This document shows positions 20,647-30,715 of a DNA stretch of 35,171 nt, one piece after another. Numbering within the stretch: position 1 is the stretch's first letter; each line of letters starts with the position of its first letter. The translations under genes were made by a program, and so were the position numbers. Location of the stretch: positions 1 through 35,171 of the forward strand of contig JBBTCG010000085.1 of assembly GCA_038043305.1 (NCBI GenBank). Direction: 5' to 3'. The stretch comes from Deltaproteobacteria bacterium (GTDB lineage: Bacteria > Desulfobacterota > GWC2-55-46). Below the pieces are notes generated by a model that saw only the letters and a program-made list of their open reading frames with translations, had not been told where the DNA came from and ran no database searches.

Positions 20647-21978
20647 GTGCTTGAAGGTCTTTCCGATAAATTCAGAAAAGTCCTGCGCGACGTAAGGGGG
20701 CACGGCTCTCTTTCGGACTCCAATGTTCAGGACGCGCTTAAAGAGGTAAGGCTTGCCCTGCTTGAGGCGGACGTAAACCTTGCGGTCGTCAAGGACTTTA
20801 TAGCCGTTGTAAAGGAAAAGGCGCTCGGCAAAGAGGTGCTTGAGAGCCTGACCCCTGGGCAGCAGTTTACCAAGGTTGTGCATGACGAACTTACGCGGAT
20901 TCTTGGCGGCGAGGCTTCGGCGCTCGAACTCAAGGGACGCCCGCCCGTGGTAATGCTTGTCGGTCTGCAAGGCTCAGGTAAGACCACCACTGCGGCAAAA
21001 CTTGCGTTGCATCTTAAAGGCTGCGGCAGAAACCCGTATATCGTTCCGGCTGACATGTTTCGCCTTGCCGCCGTGTTGCAGCTTAAAAAACTCGCCTTTG
21101 AGGCGCGTGTTGATTGCTTTGACTCGGAAGGCTATTCAAAGGCCGACGCGGTCTGCGCCGAGGCGCTGAGGATTGCAGGGATAAAGGGATATGATAGCGT
21201 CATCGTGGATACCGCCGGAAGGCTTCATATAGACGACGCCTTGATGGACGAGCTTAAAACCCTCAAAGGCATCCTAAAGCCTTCAGAGGTGCTCTTCGTG
21301 GCCGACTCCATGACGGGTCAGGACGCGGTTAACACGGCAAAGGGTTTTGACGCGGCCGTCGGCGTAACCGGCGTGGTGCTTACAAAGTTCGACGGAGACG
21401 CAAGGGGCGGGGCCGCGCTGTCCATGCGTATGACTACCGGCAAGCCCATAAAGTTTATCGGGGTCGGCGAAAAGATTGACGCCTTGGAGGTCTTTCATCC
21501 GTCGCGGCTTGCAGGCCGCATCCTTGACATGGGCGACGTGCTTACCCTTATCGAGAAGGCCGAGGCAACGCTTGGCGAGAAAGAGGCGAAGGAGCTTCAG
21601 AAGAAATTAAAAAAGGACGCCTTTACGCTTGAGGACTTCAAGAATCAACTGCAACAGATAAAGAAGATGGGGAGCATCGAGAGCATACTCTCAATGGTGC
21701 CGGGATTCAATGCCGTAAAAAACGCGAAGGACGTTAAGATAGACGAGAAGGAGATTGTCAGGGTAGAGGCGATAATCAATTCCATGACGATGAGAGAGCG
21801 AGTTGACCCGTCCTGCCTTAACGCGAGCAGGCGCCAGCGTATTGCAAAGGGAAGCGGCACAAAGGTTCAGGACGTCAATAAGCTCATGAACCAGTATCAG
21901 GACATGCGTAAGATGATGAAGATGATGAGGAACTCTGGCGGCAGGGGAATGAAGGGGCTTTTGAACAGGATGCGTTGA
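20647..21978 (+). CDS. ffh: Signal recognition particle protein
   Basis: LLEADV, GLQGSGKTTT, DTAGR, DSMTGQDA, TKFDGDARGG, Met-rich M domain with RIAKGSG. Confidence 0.97.
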   Translation: MLEGLSDKFRKVLRDVRGHGSLSDSNVQDALKEVRLALLEADVNLAVVKDFIAVVKEKALGKEVLESLTPGQQFTKVVHDELTRILGGEASALELKGRPPVVMLVGLQGSGKTTTAAKLALHLKGCGRNPYIVPADMFRLAAVLQLKKLAFEARVDCFDSEGYSKADAVCAEALRIAGIKGYDSVIVDTAGRLHIDDALMDELKTLKGILKPSEVLFVADSMTGQDAVNTAKGFDAAVGVTGVVLTKFDGDARGGAALSMRMTTGKPIKFIGVGEKIDALEVFHPSRLAGRILDMGDVLTLIEKAEATLGEKEAKELQKKLKKDAFTLEDFKNQLQQIKKMGSIESILSMVPGFNAVKNAKDVKIDEKEIVRVEAIINSMTMRERVDPSCLNASRRQRIAKGSGTKVQDVNKLMNQYQDMRKMMKMMRNSGGRGMKGLLNRMR

Positions 21979-22023
21979 ACGTCGTATAAACAGTGAACAA
22001 GCAAAAGGGAGGTTTACGGTCAG

Positions 22024-22287
22024 ATGTCAGTTAAGATCAGGTTGACAAGGCAGGGCAGCAAAAAGAAACCGATGTATCGCGTTGTGGTTACGGATAGTGA
22101 AGCGCCGAGAGACGGCGGTTTCATCGAGGTAATCGGGTTTTGCAATCCGATGACGAACCCGGCTGTGGTGAAGTTTGATGAGGAGAGGGTGGCATTCTGG
22201 GTAGGTCGCGGCGCTGTCCCTACGGATACGGTAAGACAATACCTAAAGAAGGCAGGGCTGGCCGCTGTAAAGACGAAGGCTGCCTGA
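22024..22287 (+). CDS. rpsP: 30S ribosomal protein S16
   Basis: [31 protein letters not shown]. Synteny with ffh and rimM. Confidence 0.97.
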   Translation: MSVKIRLTRQGSKKKPMYRVVVTDSEAPRDGGFIEVIGFCNPMTNPAVVKFDEERVAFWVGRGAVPTDTVRQYLKKAGLAAVKTKAA

Positions 22288-22324
22288 GGCGCCGCATTTG
22301 CCCTGCTTTACGGGGGAAAAACGC

Positions 22325-22555
22325 ATGAAGGAGCTGATCCTTGTCATTGCCAAGGCTCTCGTTGACCATCCTGAACAGGTTAAGGTAGTTGAGATTGAAG
22401 GCGAAAGAACGTCTGTGCTTGAGCTGAGCGTCGCAAAGGAAGACCTTGGTAAGGTGATAGGCAAACAGGGCAGGACGGCAAGGGCGATACGGACGATACT
22501 CACCGCGGTCTCTACTAAGATGAAAAAGCGTTCCGTGCTTGAAATACTCGAATAA
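22325..22555 (+). CDS. khpA: KH-domain RNA-binding protein (KhpA/YlqC)
   Basis: [32 protein letters not shown]. Start refined to ATG 22325. Confidence 0.92.
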   Translation: MKELILVIAKALVDHPEQVKVVEIEGERTSVLELSVAKEDLGKVIGKQGRTARAIRTILTAVSTKMKKRSVLEILE

Positions 22556-23090
22556 CGAAGAGTACGTGCCGATAGGCTTCGTAACAGGGCCGCACGGCAT
22601 ATCGGGCGAGGTAAAACTCATGCCCTACGCGGACACGCTCGACTTTGAGTTGAAGGCCGTTTATCTGAGCCTGCCCTCGAATGTATCTATCGGGGGTTCG
22701 GGCGACGGCTGGAGCCTGCGCGTCGTGAACAGGGCGCGTTTGCATAAGCGCGGATATATCCTTGCCCTTGAAGGCGTCAAAAGCAGGAATGAGGCCGAGG
22801 CGCTCAGAGGGGCAGTGGCTGCCATAAAAAAGCATGACCTGCCAAAGGCTGGGCAAGGAGAGTATTATTCCTTCGACCTCTGCGGCGCGTCAGTCGCGCA
22901 CGAAGACGGGAGAGCAATCGGTACCGTAACCGGCATTATACATACGGGCGCAAACGACGTCCTTGAGGTTATGAGCGGCTTGGGAGAGATATTGATACCG
23001 GCCATCGAGCATACTATAATATCGTTTGACGTGGTAAATAAAAGACTTGTAGTGCGGCTTATGCAAGGCTTAGAGCCGGACAAAAAATGA
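22539..23090 (+). CDS. rimM: 16S rRNA processing protein RimM
   Basis: [33 protein letters not shown]. Synteny. Confidence 0.93.
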   Translation: MKYSNNEEYVPIGFVTGPHGISGEVKLMPYADTLDFELKAVYLSLPSNVSIGGSGDGWSLRVVNRARLHKRGYILALEGVKSRNEAEALRGAVAAIKKHDLPKAGQGEYYSFDLCGASVAHEDGRAIGTVTGIIHTGANDVLEVMSGLGEILIPAIEHTIISFDVVNKRLVVRLMQGLEPDKK

Positions 23091-23872
23091 GGTTCGACGT
23101 ACTGACTTTATTCCCGGAGTTTTTCGCGGCCACTGTCAAGAAAAGCATAATGGGCAGGGCTATTGACTCAGGTCTCGTTGAAATAAACGCGCATAATATT
23201 CGGGATTGGGCTGGGGACAGGCATAAGACGACGGACGACAGCCCTTACGGCGGCGGGCCCGGCATGGTGATGAAGGCGGAGCCGGTGGCGCTGGCGCTTG
23301 AAGCCGTCAAGGCAACGGCAAAGGCCGTTCCAAAGGTTATATTGACGACGCCTCAGGGAACCGTATTCAATGACCACATTGCCAGAGAATTGGCGGGTCT
23401 GGAGCACGTCGTAATAATTTGCGGCAGATACGAGGGCTTTGACGAGAGGATTAGAACCCTTGTTGACATGGAGCTTTCCATCGGCGATTTTGTGCTGACC
23501 GGCGGCGAGTTGCCCGCCCATGTGATAATGGACGCGGCAACAAGATTCATCCCCGGCGTACTTGGAGCCGAGGGTTCGGCTGAAGATGATTCGTTTTCCA
23601 GTGGTCTCCTTGAGTATCCTCAATACACAAGGCCGGAAGAATGGCGCGGGATGAAGACCCCGGCTGAGCTTCTTAGCGGAAACCACGCCCAGATTCGCGC
23701 ATGGCGAAGGCGCGAGGCGATAAAACGAACCGCATTGCAACGGCCTGACCTGCTTGAAAAGGTGATTATGACGGGAGATGAGCGGCGCATGGCGGACGAG
23801 TTCTCAAAAGAGGCCGGGGCTTCAACGTCCGATGGTTTTTTGAAAAAGAAAAGAACGGAAAAGGGAGACTGA
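23087..23872 (+). CDS. trmD: tRNA (guanine37-N1)-methyltransferase
   Basis: [47 protein letters not shown]. Confidence 0.97.
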   Translation: MRFDVLTLFPEFFAATVKKSIMGRAIDSGLVEINAHNIRDWAGDRHKTTDDSPYGGGPGMVMKAEPVALALEAVKATAKAVPKVILTTPQGTVFNDHIARELAGLEHVVIICGRYEGFDERIRTLVDMELSIGDFVLTGGELPAHVIMDAATRFIPGVLGAEGSAEDDSFSSGLLEYPQYTRPEEWRGMKTPAELLSGNHAQIRAWRRREAIKRTALQRPDLLEKVIMTGDERRMADEFSKEAGASTSDGFLKKKRTEKGD

Positions 23873-23873
23873 A

Positions 23874-24215
23874 ATGGGCACGATACAGGAAATAGAAAAA
23901 GGCTTTCTAAGGACGGACATTCCGGCCTTTCAACCGGGGGATACCCTTCTTGTAAAGGTCAGGATAAAAGAGGGCGACAAGGAAAGGACGCAGCCCTTTG
24001 AAGGCATCGTTATAAAGATGCACGGAGGCGCGCTGAGGAGCACGTTCACGGTCAGGAAGGTATCCTACGGCGTCGGCGTTGAGAGGGTGTTCCCTCTGCA
24101 TTCTCCTGCCATTGACTCGGTCAAGGTGCTTACAAGGGGCAAGGTAAGAAGGTCAAAGTTGTATTACCTCAGGAACCTCAAGGGCAAGGCCGCAAGGGTA
24201 AAGACAAAGATGTAA
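23874..24215 (+). CDS. rplS: 50S ribosomal protein L19
   Basis: [49 protein letters not shown]. Confidence 0.97.
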   Translation: MGTIQEIEKGFLRTDIPAFQPGDTLLVKVRIKEGDKERTQPFEGIVIKMHGGALRSTFTVRKVSYGVGVERVFPLHSPAIDSVKVLTRGKVRRSKLYYLRNLKGKAARVKTKM

Positions 24216-24219
24216 TTTT

Positions 24220-24252
24220 TTTGCCGGATGCGGCATAGCCGCGTCCGGCAAA
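24220..24252. other. 15-bp GC-rich hairpin between rplS and rnhB
   Basis: TTTGCCGGATGCGGC-ATA-GCCGCGTCCGGCAAA with one G.U pair. No 3' U-tract on either strand. Confidence 0.6.
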
Positions 24253-24280
24253 GGTATTTAGCGCGCCTTCGGACATCCTC

Positions 24281-24871
24281 ATGTACACCTATGAAGAGGC
24301 CGCTCTAAAGAACGGCTGCAGATACATTGCAGGGGTTGACGAGGCGGGCAGAGGCCCGCTTGCAGGCCCTGTGGTTGCCGCAGCCGTAATCTTTGCAAAG
24401 GCAAAGCCTCCGTTAGGACTTGGCATTAAAGATTCCAAAAAACTTACCGCGTCAAGACGCGCCGCATTGTCAATTGAGATATGCAGGAGCGCCGTATCAA
24501 TCGGCGCTGGAGTGGTATGGCCTGCGGATATAGATTCGATGAATATCCACAAGGCGTCTTTGCTTGCCATGAGCCGCGCCGTTGCCTCTCTTGACTCTAA
24601 GGCGGACATGCTCCTCATTGACGGCCTGTTTCCCATAGAATCAAACATACCGCAACAGCCGATAGTCTCAGGCGACTCCCTTTCAATCAGCATTGCCGCC
24701 GCCTCCATCATAGCAAAGACCTTGAGGGACAGCGTAATGGACGCCTACCATAAGATATACCCGGCCTACAACTTCGCGTCAAACAAGGGATACGGCACAA
24801 AGGAACATATTAAAGCCATTGCGCTTCATGGGGCATGTCCGATACATAGGAGGAGTTTCAGGGGCGTATGA
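24281..24871 (+). CDS. rnhB: Ribonuclease HII
   Basis: GVDEAGRGPLAGPVVAAA, DSKKL, LIDG, IAAASIIAK..RD, NKGYGT, HRRSF. Confidence 0.96.
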   Translation: MYTYEEAALKNGCRYIAGVDEAGRGPLAGPVVAAAVIFAKAKPPLGLGIKDSKKLTASRRAALSIEICRSAVSIGAGVVWPADIDSMNIHKASLLAMSRAVASLDSKADMLLIDGLFPIESNIPQQPIVSGDSLSISIAAASIIAKTLRDSVMDAYHKIYPAYNFASNKGYGTKEHIKAIALHGACPIHRRSFRGV

Positions 24872-25239
24872 GCGGCGCAAAACAAAGACTTGGCGCCCTT
24901 GGAGAGGACGAGGCGGTCAGGGCGCTAAACAAGCGTGGATACAAGGTGGTTTGCCGCAACTACAGGTGCAGCCGCGGGGAGATAGACGTCGTTGCAATGG
25001 ACGGCGCGGTATACGTCTTTATCGAGGTAAAGACGCGTTCAGGCGACGCATTCGGGACGCCCGCCTCAGCCGTTGACTTCAGGAAACAAAGACATATAGC
25101 GGACGTCGCCGCATATTATCTGAACGCGCACAACGTCTCCATCGAGGACGTTGACATCCGGTTCGACGTGGTGAGCATCCAACTGGCCAACGGAAAGTTC
25201 TCAACCGAAATAATTCGTAACGCATTTGAGGCAGAGTAG
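24868..25239 (+). CDS. yraN: YraN family (UPF0102) putative endonuclease
   Basis: LG..GE..A, NYRC..GEIDVV, FIEVKTR, RFDVV, IRNAF. Confidence 0.92.
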   Translation: MSGAKQRLGALGEDEAVRALNKRGYKVVCRNYRCSRGEIDVVAMDGAVYVFIEVKTRSGDAFGTPASAVDFRKQRHIADVAAYYLNAHNVSIEDVDIRFDVVSIQLANGKFSTEIIRNAFEAE

Positions 25240-25263
25240 TAAAAGGTGGAAGAAAGGGTGTAA

Positions 25264-25351
25264 GCCGCACGGGCAATATTTATACTCGTCAGCCGTGGTG
25301 TTAATTCCCTATTAAAGTTCTTTGGCCTATCTTTCTTTCAAGAAAGGTAGG
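25264..25351 (+). repeat. Dispersed ~88-bp repeat family, full copy
   Basis: GCCGCACGGGCAATATT...ATTCCCTATTAAAGTTCTTTGGCCTATCTTTCTTTCAAGAAAGGTAGG. Confidence 0.85.
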
Positions 25352-25353
25352 TC

Positions 25354-25382
25354 TTGACTTGTAGCGCGTGCAATAGTATAGT
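25354..25382 (+). promoter_or_regulatory. Sigma70-type promoter TTGACT-17-TATAGT
   Basis: Near-consensus hexamers upstream of the DUF1015 gene. Confidence 0.65.
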
Positions 25383-25445
25383 TTTTGCCTTTTCAATTGA
25401 ATAGGGTTGCAGCAAATCATAAATACACAAACAGGGGGCCTATGT

Positions 25446-26813
25446 ATGGCTGAGATAATGCCGTTTCGCGGGGTGCTGTACGCGCCTGAAAAAATTGGGG
25501 ATTTGAATAAGGTCATGGCGCCTCCGTATGACGTGATATCTCCGAGGTTGCAAGACGACCTGTACGCAAGGCACTCAAACAATATCGTAAGGCTTGAGCT
25601 TAACAAGATTACGGATCAGGACTCCGAGGGCAATGACAGGTATTCAAGGGCAGGCCGGCTCCTTGCTAAGTGGCTTGCGGACGGCGACATTAAGCAGGAT
25701 GCAAGGCCGTCCATCTATTACTACACGCAGACTTATGCCCTAAAAAGCGGCCTTGAGCAGACCAGAAAGGGTTTCGTATCCCTTGTGCGTCTTGAGGACT
25801 TCGGCAAAGGCATACATCCGCACGAGAGGACGCTTTCCGGGCCAAAGGCCGACAGGTTCAAGCTCATGACCTCGACGGACGCCAACCTCAGCTGCATATT
25901 TTCCCTTTATTCCGAACCCTTGCTCGACGTCAACAAGCTCCTTGAGGCCGCTGTCAAAGGGAAAAAGCCCTATATCGACGTGAAGGACGACGACAAGGTT
26001 GAGAACAGGCTCTGGAGGATTGACGACGTTGAACTCATCAAGAAGGTTCAAGCGAATATGCGTAATAAGGCGCTGTTCATCGCGGACGGGCATCATCGTT
26101 ACGAAACCGCGTTGAACTATAGAAATATGATGTGCGAGAAGACCGGCGGCAATACAGGGAATGAGCCGTTCAACTTCGTTATGATGTATTTTTCCAACAT
26201 GGACGACGTTGGAATGACCATCTGGCCGACTCACAGGGTCGTGCACAGCGTCAAAGGTTTCGAGAGAGCCTCTTTCCTTGAAAGATGCGGTGAATACTTC
26301 GATGTTGACGAGACGCCTTACGGCTCCGATAATGAAGAGGAGGCAAAGGCCGCGTTCCTGAAAAAACTCGAATCCAAAGGGAAACAGGCTGTCACCTTCG
26401 GACTTCATCTGCGCGGAAAAAGCTCCTTCCTTCTGCTGACGCTGAAGGAGAAGGATATGATGGACAGGGTCTTTGGCAATGCCATGCCGGATGTGTTCAA
26501 GGGGCTTGACGTTACCGTGCTGCATTCGCTCATATTGACAAAGATACTCGGCCTCACAAGGGAGGCTCAGGAGAAGCAGGAAAACCTCGTCTACGTCAAG
26601 AGTTACGCTGAGGCGCTCAAGGCCGCTAAGGAAGGGGCAAACCAGATGGTTTTTCTCCTCAACCCAACGAAGATCGAGCAGGTAAAGGCGGTTGCGGAGA
26701 CCGGGCAGGTGATGCCGCAAAAATCCACCTATTTTTATCCTAAGCTGCTCTCAGGGCTTGTCATAAATATCATCGGAAGCGAGTCCGGCGCTTTAACCTC
26801 GTCGTCCGCATGA
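25446..26813 (+). CDS. DUF1015 family protein (ParB-like fold)
   Basis: MAEIMPFRG, APPYDVIS, PHERTL, FIADGHHRYETA, PTHR, MPQKSTYFYPKL. Start refined to ATG 25446. Confidence 0.9.
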   Translation: MAEIMPFRGVLYAPEKIGDLNKVMAPPYDVISPRLQDDLYARHSNNIVRLELNKITDQDSEGNDRYSRAGRLLAKWLADGDIKQDARPSIYYYTQTYALKSGLEQTRKGFVSLVRLEDFGKGIHPHERTLSGPKADRFKLMTSTDANLSCIFSLYSEPLLDVNKLLEAAVKGKKPYIDVKDDDKVENRLWRIDDVELIKKVQANMRNKALFIADGHHRYETALNYRNMMCEKTGGNTGNEPFNFVMMYFSNMDDVGMTIWPTHRVVHSVKGFERASFLERCGEYFDVDETPYGSDNEEEAKAAFLKKLESKGKQAVTFGLHLRGKSSFLLLTLKEKDMMDRVFGNAMPDVFKGLDVTVLHSLILTKILGLTREAQEKQENLVYVKSYAEALKAAKEGANQMVFLLNPTKIEQVKAVAETGQVMPQKSTYFYPKLLSGLVINIIGSESGALTSSSA

Positions 26814-27463
26814 CGCGGCCCGCTGCAAATGCGGCGGGATGCGAATGTACGCCCATTGCCCTCGGCAGATTCGACTTCCAACAGGGCAAGAGAGGCTTGA
26901 GGCTCACGACTGACACGGTTTTACTTGCTCAGTTCGTGCAGTGCGAAGAGCGGCCTGTTTCCATTATTGATCTTGGGTGCGGATACGGGCCGATACCACT
27001 TTTGCTTTCCGACGCCTTTGACGATTGCCATATAACCGGCGTGGAGATTGACGCCGAGGCCGCGGCTATTTGCTCAAGGAACGTCGAGGTAAACGGTCTG
27101 AAACACAGGATTTCAATCCTGAACGCGGACATCAGGGCGCTGCCTGACTCCTTTGCCGAAGGCTCCTTTCCGATAGTCGTTTCCAATCCGCCTTACATGA
27201 AGATCGGGTCCGCGAGGATAAGCCCTGACAGACAAAGGGCGATTGCGCGTTCCGAGCAAACGTGCACGCTGCGCGATATTATAACGACATCCCGGCATCT
27301 TGCCGGCAACGCTGGACGCATCTTTTTCGTATACGTTGCCGACAGGTTTGATGAAATGATTGAAGAGGCGCGCTACGCGGGTCTTGCCCCGGTCAGGGTT
27401 AGATTCGTTCATACTGCGCCGAATCGTCCGCCTGAGCGGTTCTTGATTGAGATGAGGCCGTGA
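26810..27463 (+). CDS. SAM-dependent methyltransferase, tRNA1(Val) m6A37 (TrmN6/YfiC)-like
   Basis: Q...G.R...D.VLLA.F, IDLGCGYG, GVEID, VSNPPY, AIARSE. Confidence 0.82.
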   Translation: MTRPAANAAGCECTPIALGRFDFQQGKRGLRLTTDTVLLAQFVQCEERPVSIIDLGCGYGPIPLLLSDAFDDCHITGVEIDAEAAAICSRNVEVNGLKHRISILNADIRALPDSFAEGSFPIVVSNPPYMKIGSARISPDRQRAIARSEQTCTLRDIITTSRHLAGNAGRIFFVYVADRFDEMIEEARYAGLAPVRVRFVHTAPNRPPERFLIEMRP

Positions 27464-27576
27464 CCGTGAACCGTGACCGTGACCGTTGAAAAGGCCGTGA
27501 CCGTGACCGTTGGAAGACTCTTATCTTTTATGTTCTTGTCCGTGTTTTGTTTTTTACACGGTCACGGCTCACGGTC
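27458..27576. repeat. CCGTGA tandem array with inverted TCACGG array at a convergent gene junction
   Basis: About eight CCGTGA/CCGTTG units at 27458-27512, a T-rich spacer, then CACGGTCACGGCTCACGGTC at 27557-27576. Confidence 0.85.
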
Positions 27577-28030
27577 TTTTTGACCGTGTCTTCAACCTGG
27601 GCGCCTCAGGCAACATTAACGACTTGAGGCGTTTGATTTCGGCCTCCTTCAGGGACTCGGCTCCGGCGATGAATGCGGCAAAGGCGCTCTTATCTTGCTC
27701 GCCGACGAATTGCGAAAACGACTTTGCGCTCTTTATATAATCATTCATCCCTGACTCGACTATGATTACAATCTGTCTTGACCTTCTTTCTCCCGGGGCT
27801 CTTCCCCGGCGTATGGTTTTAAGCGCGGCAATGGTTTCATCCTTTTTTCCCTTCGCGAGGCCGGCAAGTTCTCCCGCATGTTCATGTATCATCGGTTCAA
27901 TTCCTTGCGCATGTTTAGCGGCCTTGGCAAAGAATCTTTCCGTGGATGATACGGCGTTGGAAATGTTACCTGCCAGCGCCATTGACGGCAGGCACAGGGC
28001 GATGAACAAAAATAAGATTCTCTTCGTCAT
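27569..28030 (-). CDS. Hypothetical exported protein, 153 aa
   Basis: Refined start MTKRILFLFIALCLPSMALA is a classic Sec signal peptide with A-x-A. The longer ORF-track start overlaps polA. Confidence 0.7.
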   Translation of the reverse strand: MTKRILFLFIALCLPSMALAGNISNAVSSTERFFAKAAKHAQGIEPMIHEHAGELAGLAKGKKDETIAALKTIRRGRAPGERRSRQIVIIVESGMNDYIKSAKSFSQFVGEQDKSAFAAFIAGAESLKEAEIKRLKSLMLPEAPRLKTRSKRP

Positions 28031-28036
28031 GTTGAG

Positions 28037-28065
28037 AGTATATATAATGATAGTACCGTGGTCAA
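28037..28065 (-). promoter_or_regulatory. Sigma70-type promoter TTGACC-17-TATACT, 6 nt before ATG 28030
   Basis: Reverse complement of GGTCAA (28060-28065) and AGTATA (28037-28042). Confidence 0.65.
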
Positions 28066-28069
28066 GGTT

Positions 28070-30715
28070 ATGCAGAATAAGAAAAAAACGCTCATTATAA
28101 TTGACGGCAGTTCCCTGATATACAGGGCATTTCACGCCATACCGGCTGGAATGGCAACCTCCGGGGGCCTGCCGACCAACGCGGTTTACGGCTTTACTCA
28201 GACCTTGAGGAAGATTATCAAGGACTGTCGCCCCGATTATATCTGCGTGGCCTTTGACGTAAAGGGCCCCTCGTTCAGGCATGATATATACCCTGAGTAC
28301 AAGGCAACAAGGCCGCCTATGCCTGACCTCCTCATACCGCAGATACCGTACATAAAGCGCATGGTCGCGGCCATGAACATAAGAGGTCTGGAGTCTAAGG
28401 GGTTTGAAGCCGACGACGTCATGGCAACGCTGGTGAAACGGTTCTCGGAGCAGGTTAAAGTCTTACTTGTTACCGGCGATAAGGACATGTATCAGCTCGT
28501 TGATGACGATACCGTAATACTCGATTATCTCAGCGCAAAGGAAACAGGGCCAAAGGAGGTTGAGGAAAAGTTCTTTGTGCCGCCCGGACTCATACGGGAC
28601 ATGTTAAGCCTTGCAGGGGATTCATCCGACAATATCCCCGGCGTTCCCGGCATCGGGATGAAAACCGCGTCGAAACTCTTGAAGCAGTTCGGTTCGCTTG
28701 ATGCTATTTATTCAAATATTGAGGCTATTTCCACGCAAAAGTTAAGAGACACACTTAATAAAAACAAAGACCTCGCGTTCATCTCGCAACGGCTTGCCGC
28801 CTTGAACGTGGATGTGCCTGTGGAATGCGGTATTGGGGAGCTTGAGGCCGTGCCTCCTGACATGAGCGTCCTCGTGCCGCTCCTTAAAGAGCTTGAGTTC
28901 AAGAGGCTGATAGAGGAAGCGTCTCCATCAGAGGCCGAGGGCAAGGCAACGGATAGAAGCTATCACTGTACGCATATTGGTGATGACATCCTGCCGGAGT
29001 TCGCCAAAAGGCTTGAAGATGCGCGGCAAGCAACTATTACGCTTCAAGCGGGCGGGGAAGACGGTCAGGAGGATATGTTCAATGCCTCGCTTGAGAAGAC
29101 ATGGCTTGGCATTAGTATTGACGGTAAGGAGGCATTTTATCTGGACGCCTCAGGCGTCAAGGCCGATAGGGCCGCGCTCCTTCTGAAGGCGTTTTTGGAA
29201 GATCCCGGCATCAGCAAGGATACCGACGATTCAAAGGCCATGTATCTTTTCTTTTCTCGTCTTGGGGTAGAGGTAAAAGGAGTATGTATTGATACGTCGC
29301 TGGCCTCGTACCTGTTGAATCCGTCAAGGTCGGGGCATGGGTTTAAGTCAGCGGCGTTAGAGTACCTTGGTCTGAGGTTTGATGACAAAGAGGTCGACCG
29401 CAGTAATCATCCGAGTTTTGTATGCTCTAAAGCCTGTAATATCGCTGAGTTGGCGATGATATATAAGCAACGACTTGAAGATGAGTCGCTGTTGAAGTTA
29501 TACGTTGACATGGAGCTTCCACTTGCCGTGGTTCTTGCGGACATGGAAAGAATAGGCATCAGGGTGGATGTTGAAAAGCTTGAGGCGCTTTCAAAAGAAT
29601 TGGCGCATTCCATGTCCGTCTGTGAGGCACGCATATACGCCTCAACAGGCTTTGAGTTCAACATAAATTCGCCAAAGCAGCTCTCTCAGGTGCTTTTTGA
29701 AAGGCTTGGTCTTAAGCCTGTGAGAAAGACAAAGACCGGTTTTTCGACCGACGAGGATGTGTTAAAGCGCCTCGCCTCGCAACATGACGTGCCCGGACTG
29801 ATAATAACCTACAGACAGACGGCAAAACTCAAGTCAACTTATGTTGACGCCCTTATAAACCTTGTGGACCAGCGTTCGTCGAGAGTGCATACCTCCTTTA
29901 ACCAGACCGTTGCCGCAACCGGACGGCTCTCAAGCTCAAGGCCCAATCTTCAAAACATCCCGGCAAGCGGGGAGAGCGCCTTGGCGTTACGCTCCGCGTT
30001 CGTGCCTGAGGACGGCTTTGTCTTTTTATCAGCCGACTACTCTCAGATCGAACTCAGGCTTGTCGCGCATTTTTCCGAAGACCCTTTCCTTATTGACGCA
30101 TTCATTCGCGGCGACGACATACACGCGCAAACGGCAAGCGGGGTATTCTCGGTGCTGCCCGCTCTCGTTACGCCGGAGATGAGGAAAAAGGCGAAGGCCA
30201 TAAACTTCGGCATCATATACGGCATGGGCGCATGGGGGCTTGCATCCGAGTTGAAGATACCGTCCAGCGAGGCTCAAGGTTATATTGACGGCTTTTTCGC
30301 GCACTATAGCCGCGTAAAGACGTTTATGGACGGCACGATTGAGCAGGCGCGCGGTCTTGGGTTTACGACGACGCTTTTCGGCAGGAAGCGCGCGATACCC
30401 GAATTGAACAGCCCAATCGAGGCTGTGCGCCATTTCGGAGAAAGGGCTGCAATAAACACGCCCATACAGGGCAGCGCCGCTGACATGATAAAGTTGGCCA
30501 TGATAAGGATACATGAGCGCATCAAGTCGTCAGGGTTTTCATCAAGGATGCTTTTACAGATACATGACGAGCTTGTCTTTGAGGCGCGTAAGGAAGAATT
30601 GGACGAGTTGACGAGCCTCGTTAGAGAGGAGATGGAAGGGATTATCGCGCTCCGGGTTCCGTTAAAGGTGAACATGAAACTGGGCAATAACTGGGCGGAC
30701 GTTGAACCTACCTAA
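28070..30715 (+). CDS. polA: DNA polymerase I
   Basis: IDGSSLIYRAFHA, EADDV, GDSSDNIPGVPGIG (5'-3' exonuclease); TGRLSS, ADYSQIELR, KAINFGIIYG, QGSAAD, QIHDEL (polymerase). Start is ATG 28070 or GTG 28058. Confidence 0.97.
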   Translation: MQNKKKTLIIIDGSSLIYRAFHAIPAGMATSGGLPTNAVYGFTQTLRKIIKDCRPDYICVAFDVKGPSFRHDIYPEYKATRPPMPDLLIPQIPYIKRMVAAMNIRGLESKGFEADDVMATLVKRFSEQVKVLLVTGDKDMYQLVDDDTVILDYLSAKETGPKEVEEKFFVPPGLIRDMLSLAGDSSDNIPGVPGIGMKTASKLLKQFGSLDAIYSNIEAISTQKLRDTLNKNKDLAFISQRLAALNVDVPVECGIGELEAVPPDMSVLVPLLKELEFKRLIEEASPSEAEGKATDRSYHCTHIGDDILPEFAKRLEDARQATITLQAGGEDGQEDMFNASLEKTWLGISIDGKEAFYLDASGVKADRAALLLKAFLEDPGISKDTDDSKAMYLFFSRLGVEVKGVCIDTSLASYLLNPSRSGHGFKSAALEYLGLRFDDKEVDRSNHPSFVCSKACNIAELAMIYKQRLEDESLLKLYVDMELPLAVVLADMERIGIRVDVEKLEALSKELAHSMSVCEARIYASTGFEFNINSPKQLSQVLFERLGLKPVRKTKTGFSTDEDVLKRLASQHDVPGLIITYRQTAKLKSTYVDALINLVDQRSSRVHTSFNQTVAATGRLSSSRPNLQNIPASGESALALRSAFVPEDGFVFLSADYSQIELRLVAHFSEDPFLIDAFIRGDDIHAQTASGVFSVLPALVTPEMRKKAKAINFGIIYGMGAWGLASELKIPSSEAQGYIDGFFAHYSRVKTFMDGTIEQARGLGFTTTLFGRKRAIPELNSPIEAVRHFGERAAINTPIQGSAADMIKLAMIRIHERIKSSGFSSRMLLQIHDELVFEARKEELDELTSLVREEMEGIIALRVPLKVNMKLGNNWADVEPT

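Noticed and set aside
24221-24234. TTGCCGGATGCGGC resembles the start of the E. coli REP consensus
   Set aside because: Single copy, lacks the CTAC/GTAG tag, and is fully explained as a local hairpin arm.
25740-26720. 326-aa antisense ORF, and the many other shadow ORFs opposite carB, recG, trmD, polA and the kinase
   Set aside because: They lie entirely opposite well-supported genes and have no recognisable motifs. Such ORFs are expected from codon bias in GC-rich coding DNA.
28031-28282. N-terminal extension of the 237-aa minus-strand ORF
   Set aside because: It overlaps the conserved polA N-terminus. The signal peptide and promoter point to ATG 28030.
28930-29480. PolA 3'-5' exonuclease domain lacks an evident DxE motif
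   Set aside because: Inactive proofreading domains are common in bacterial PolA, so this is not novel.
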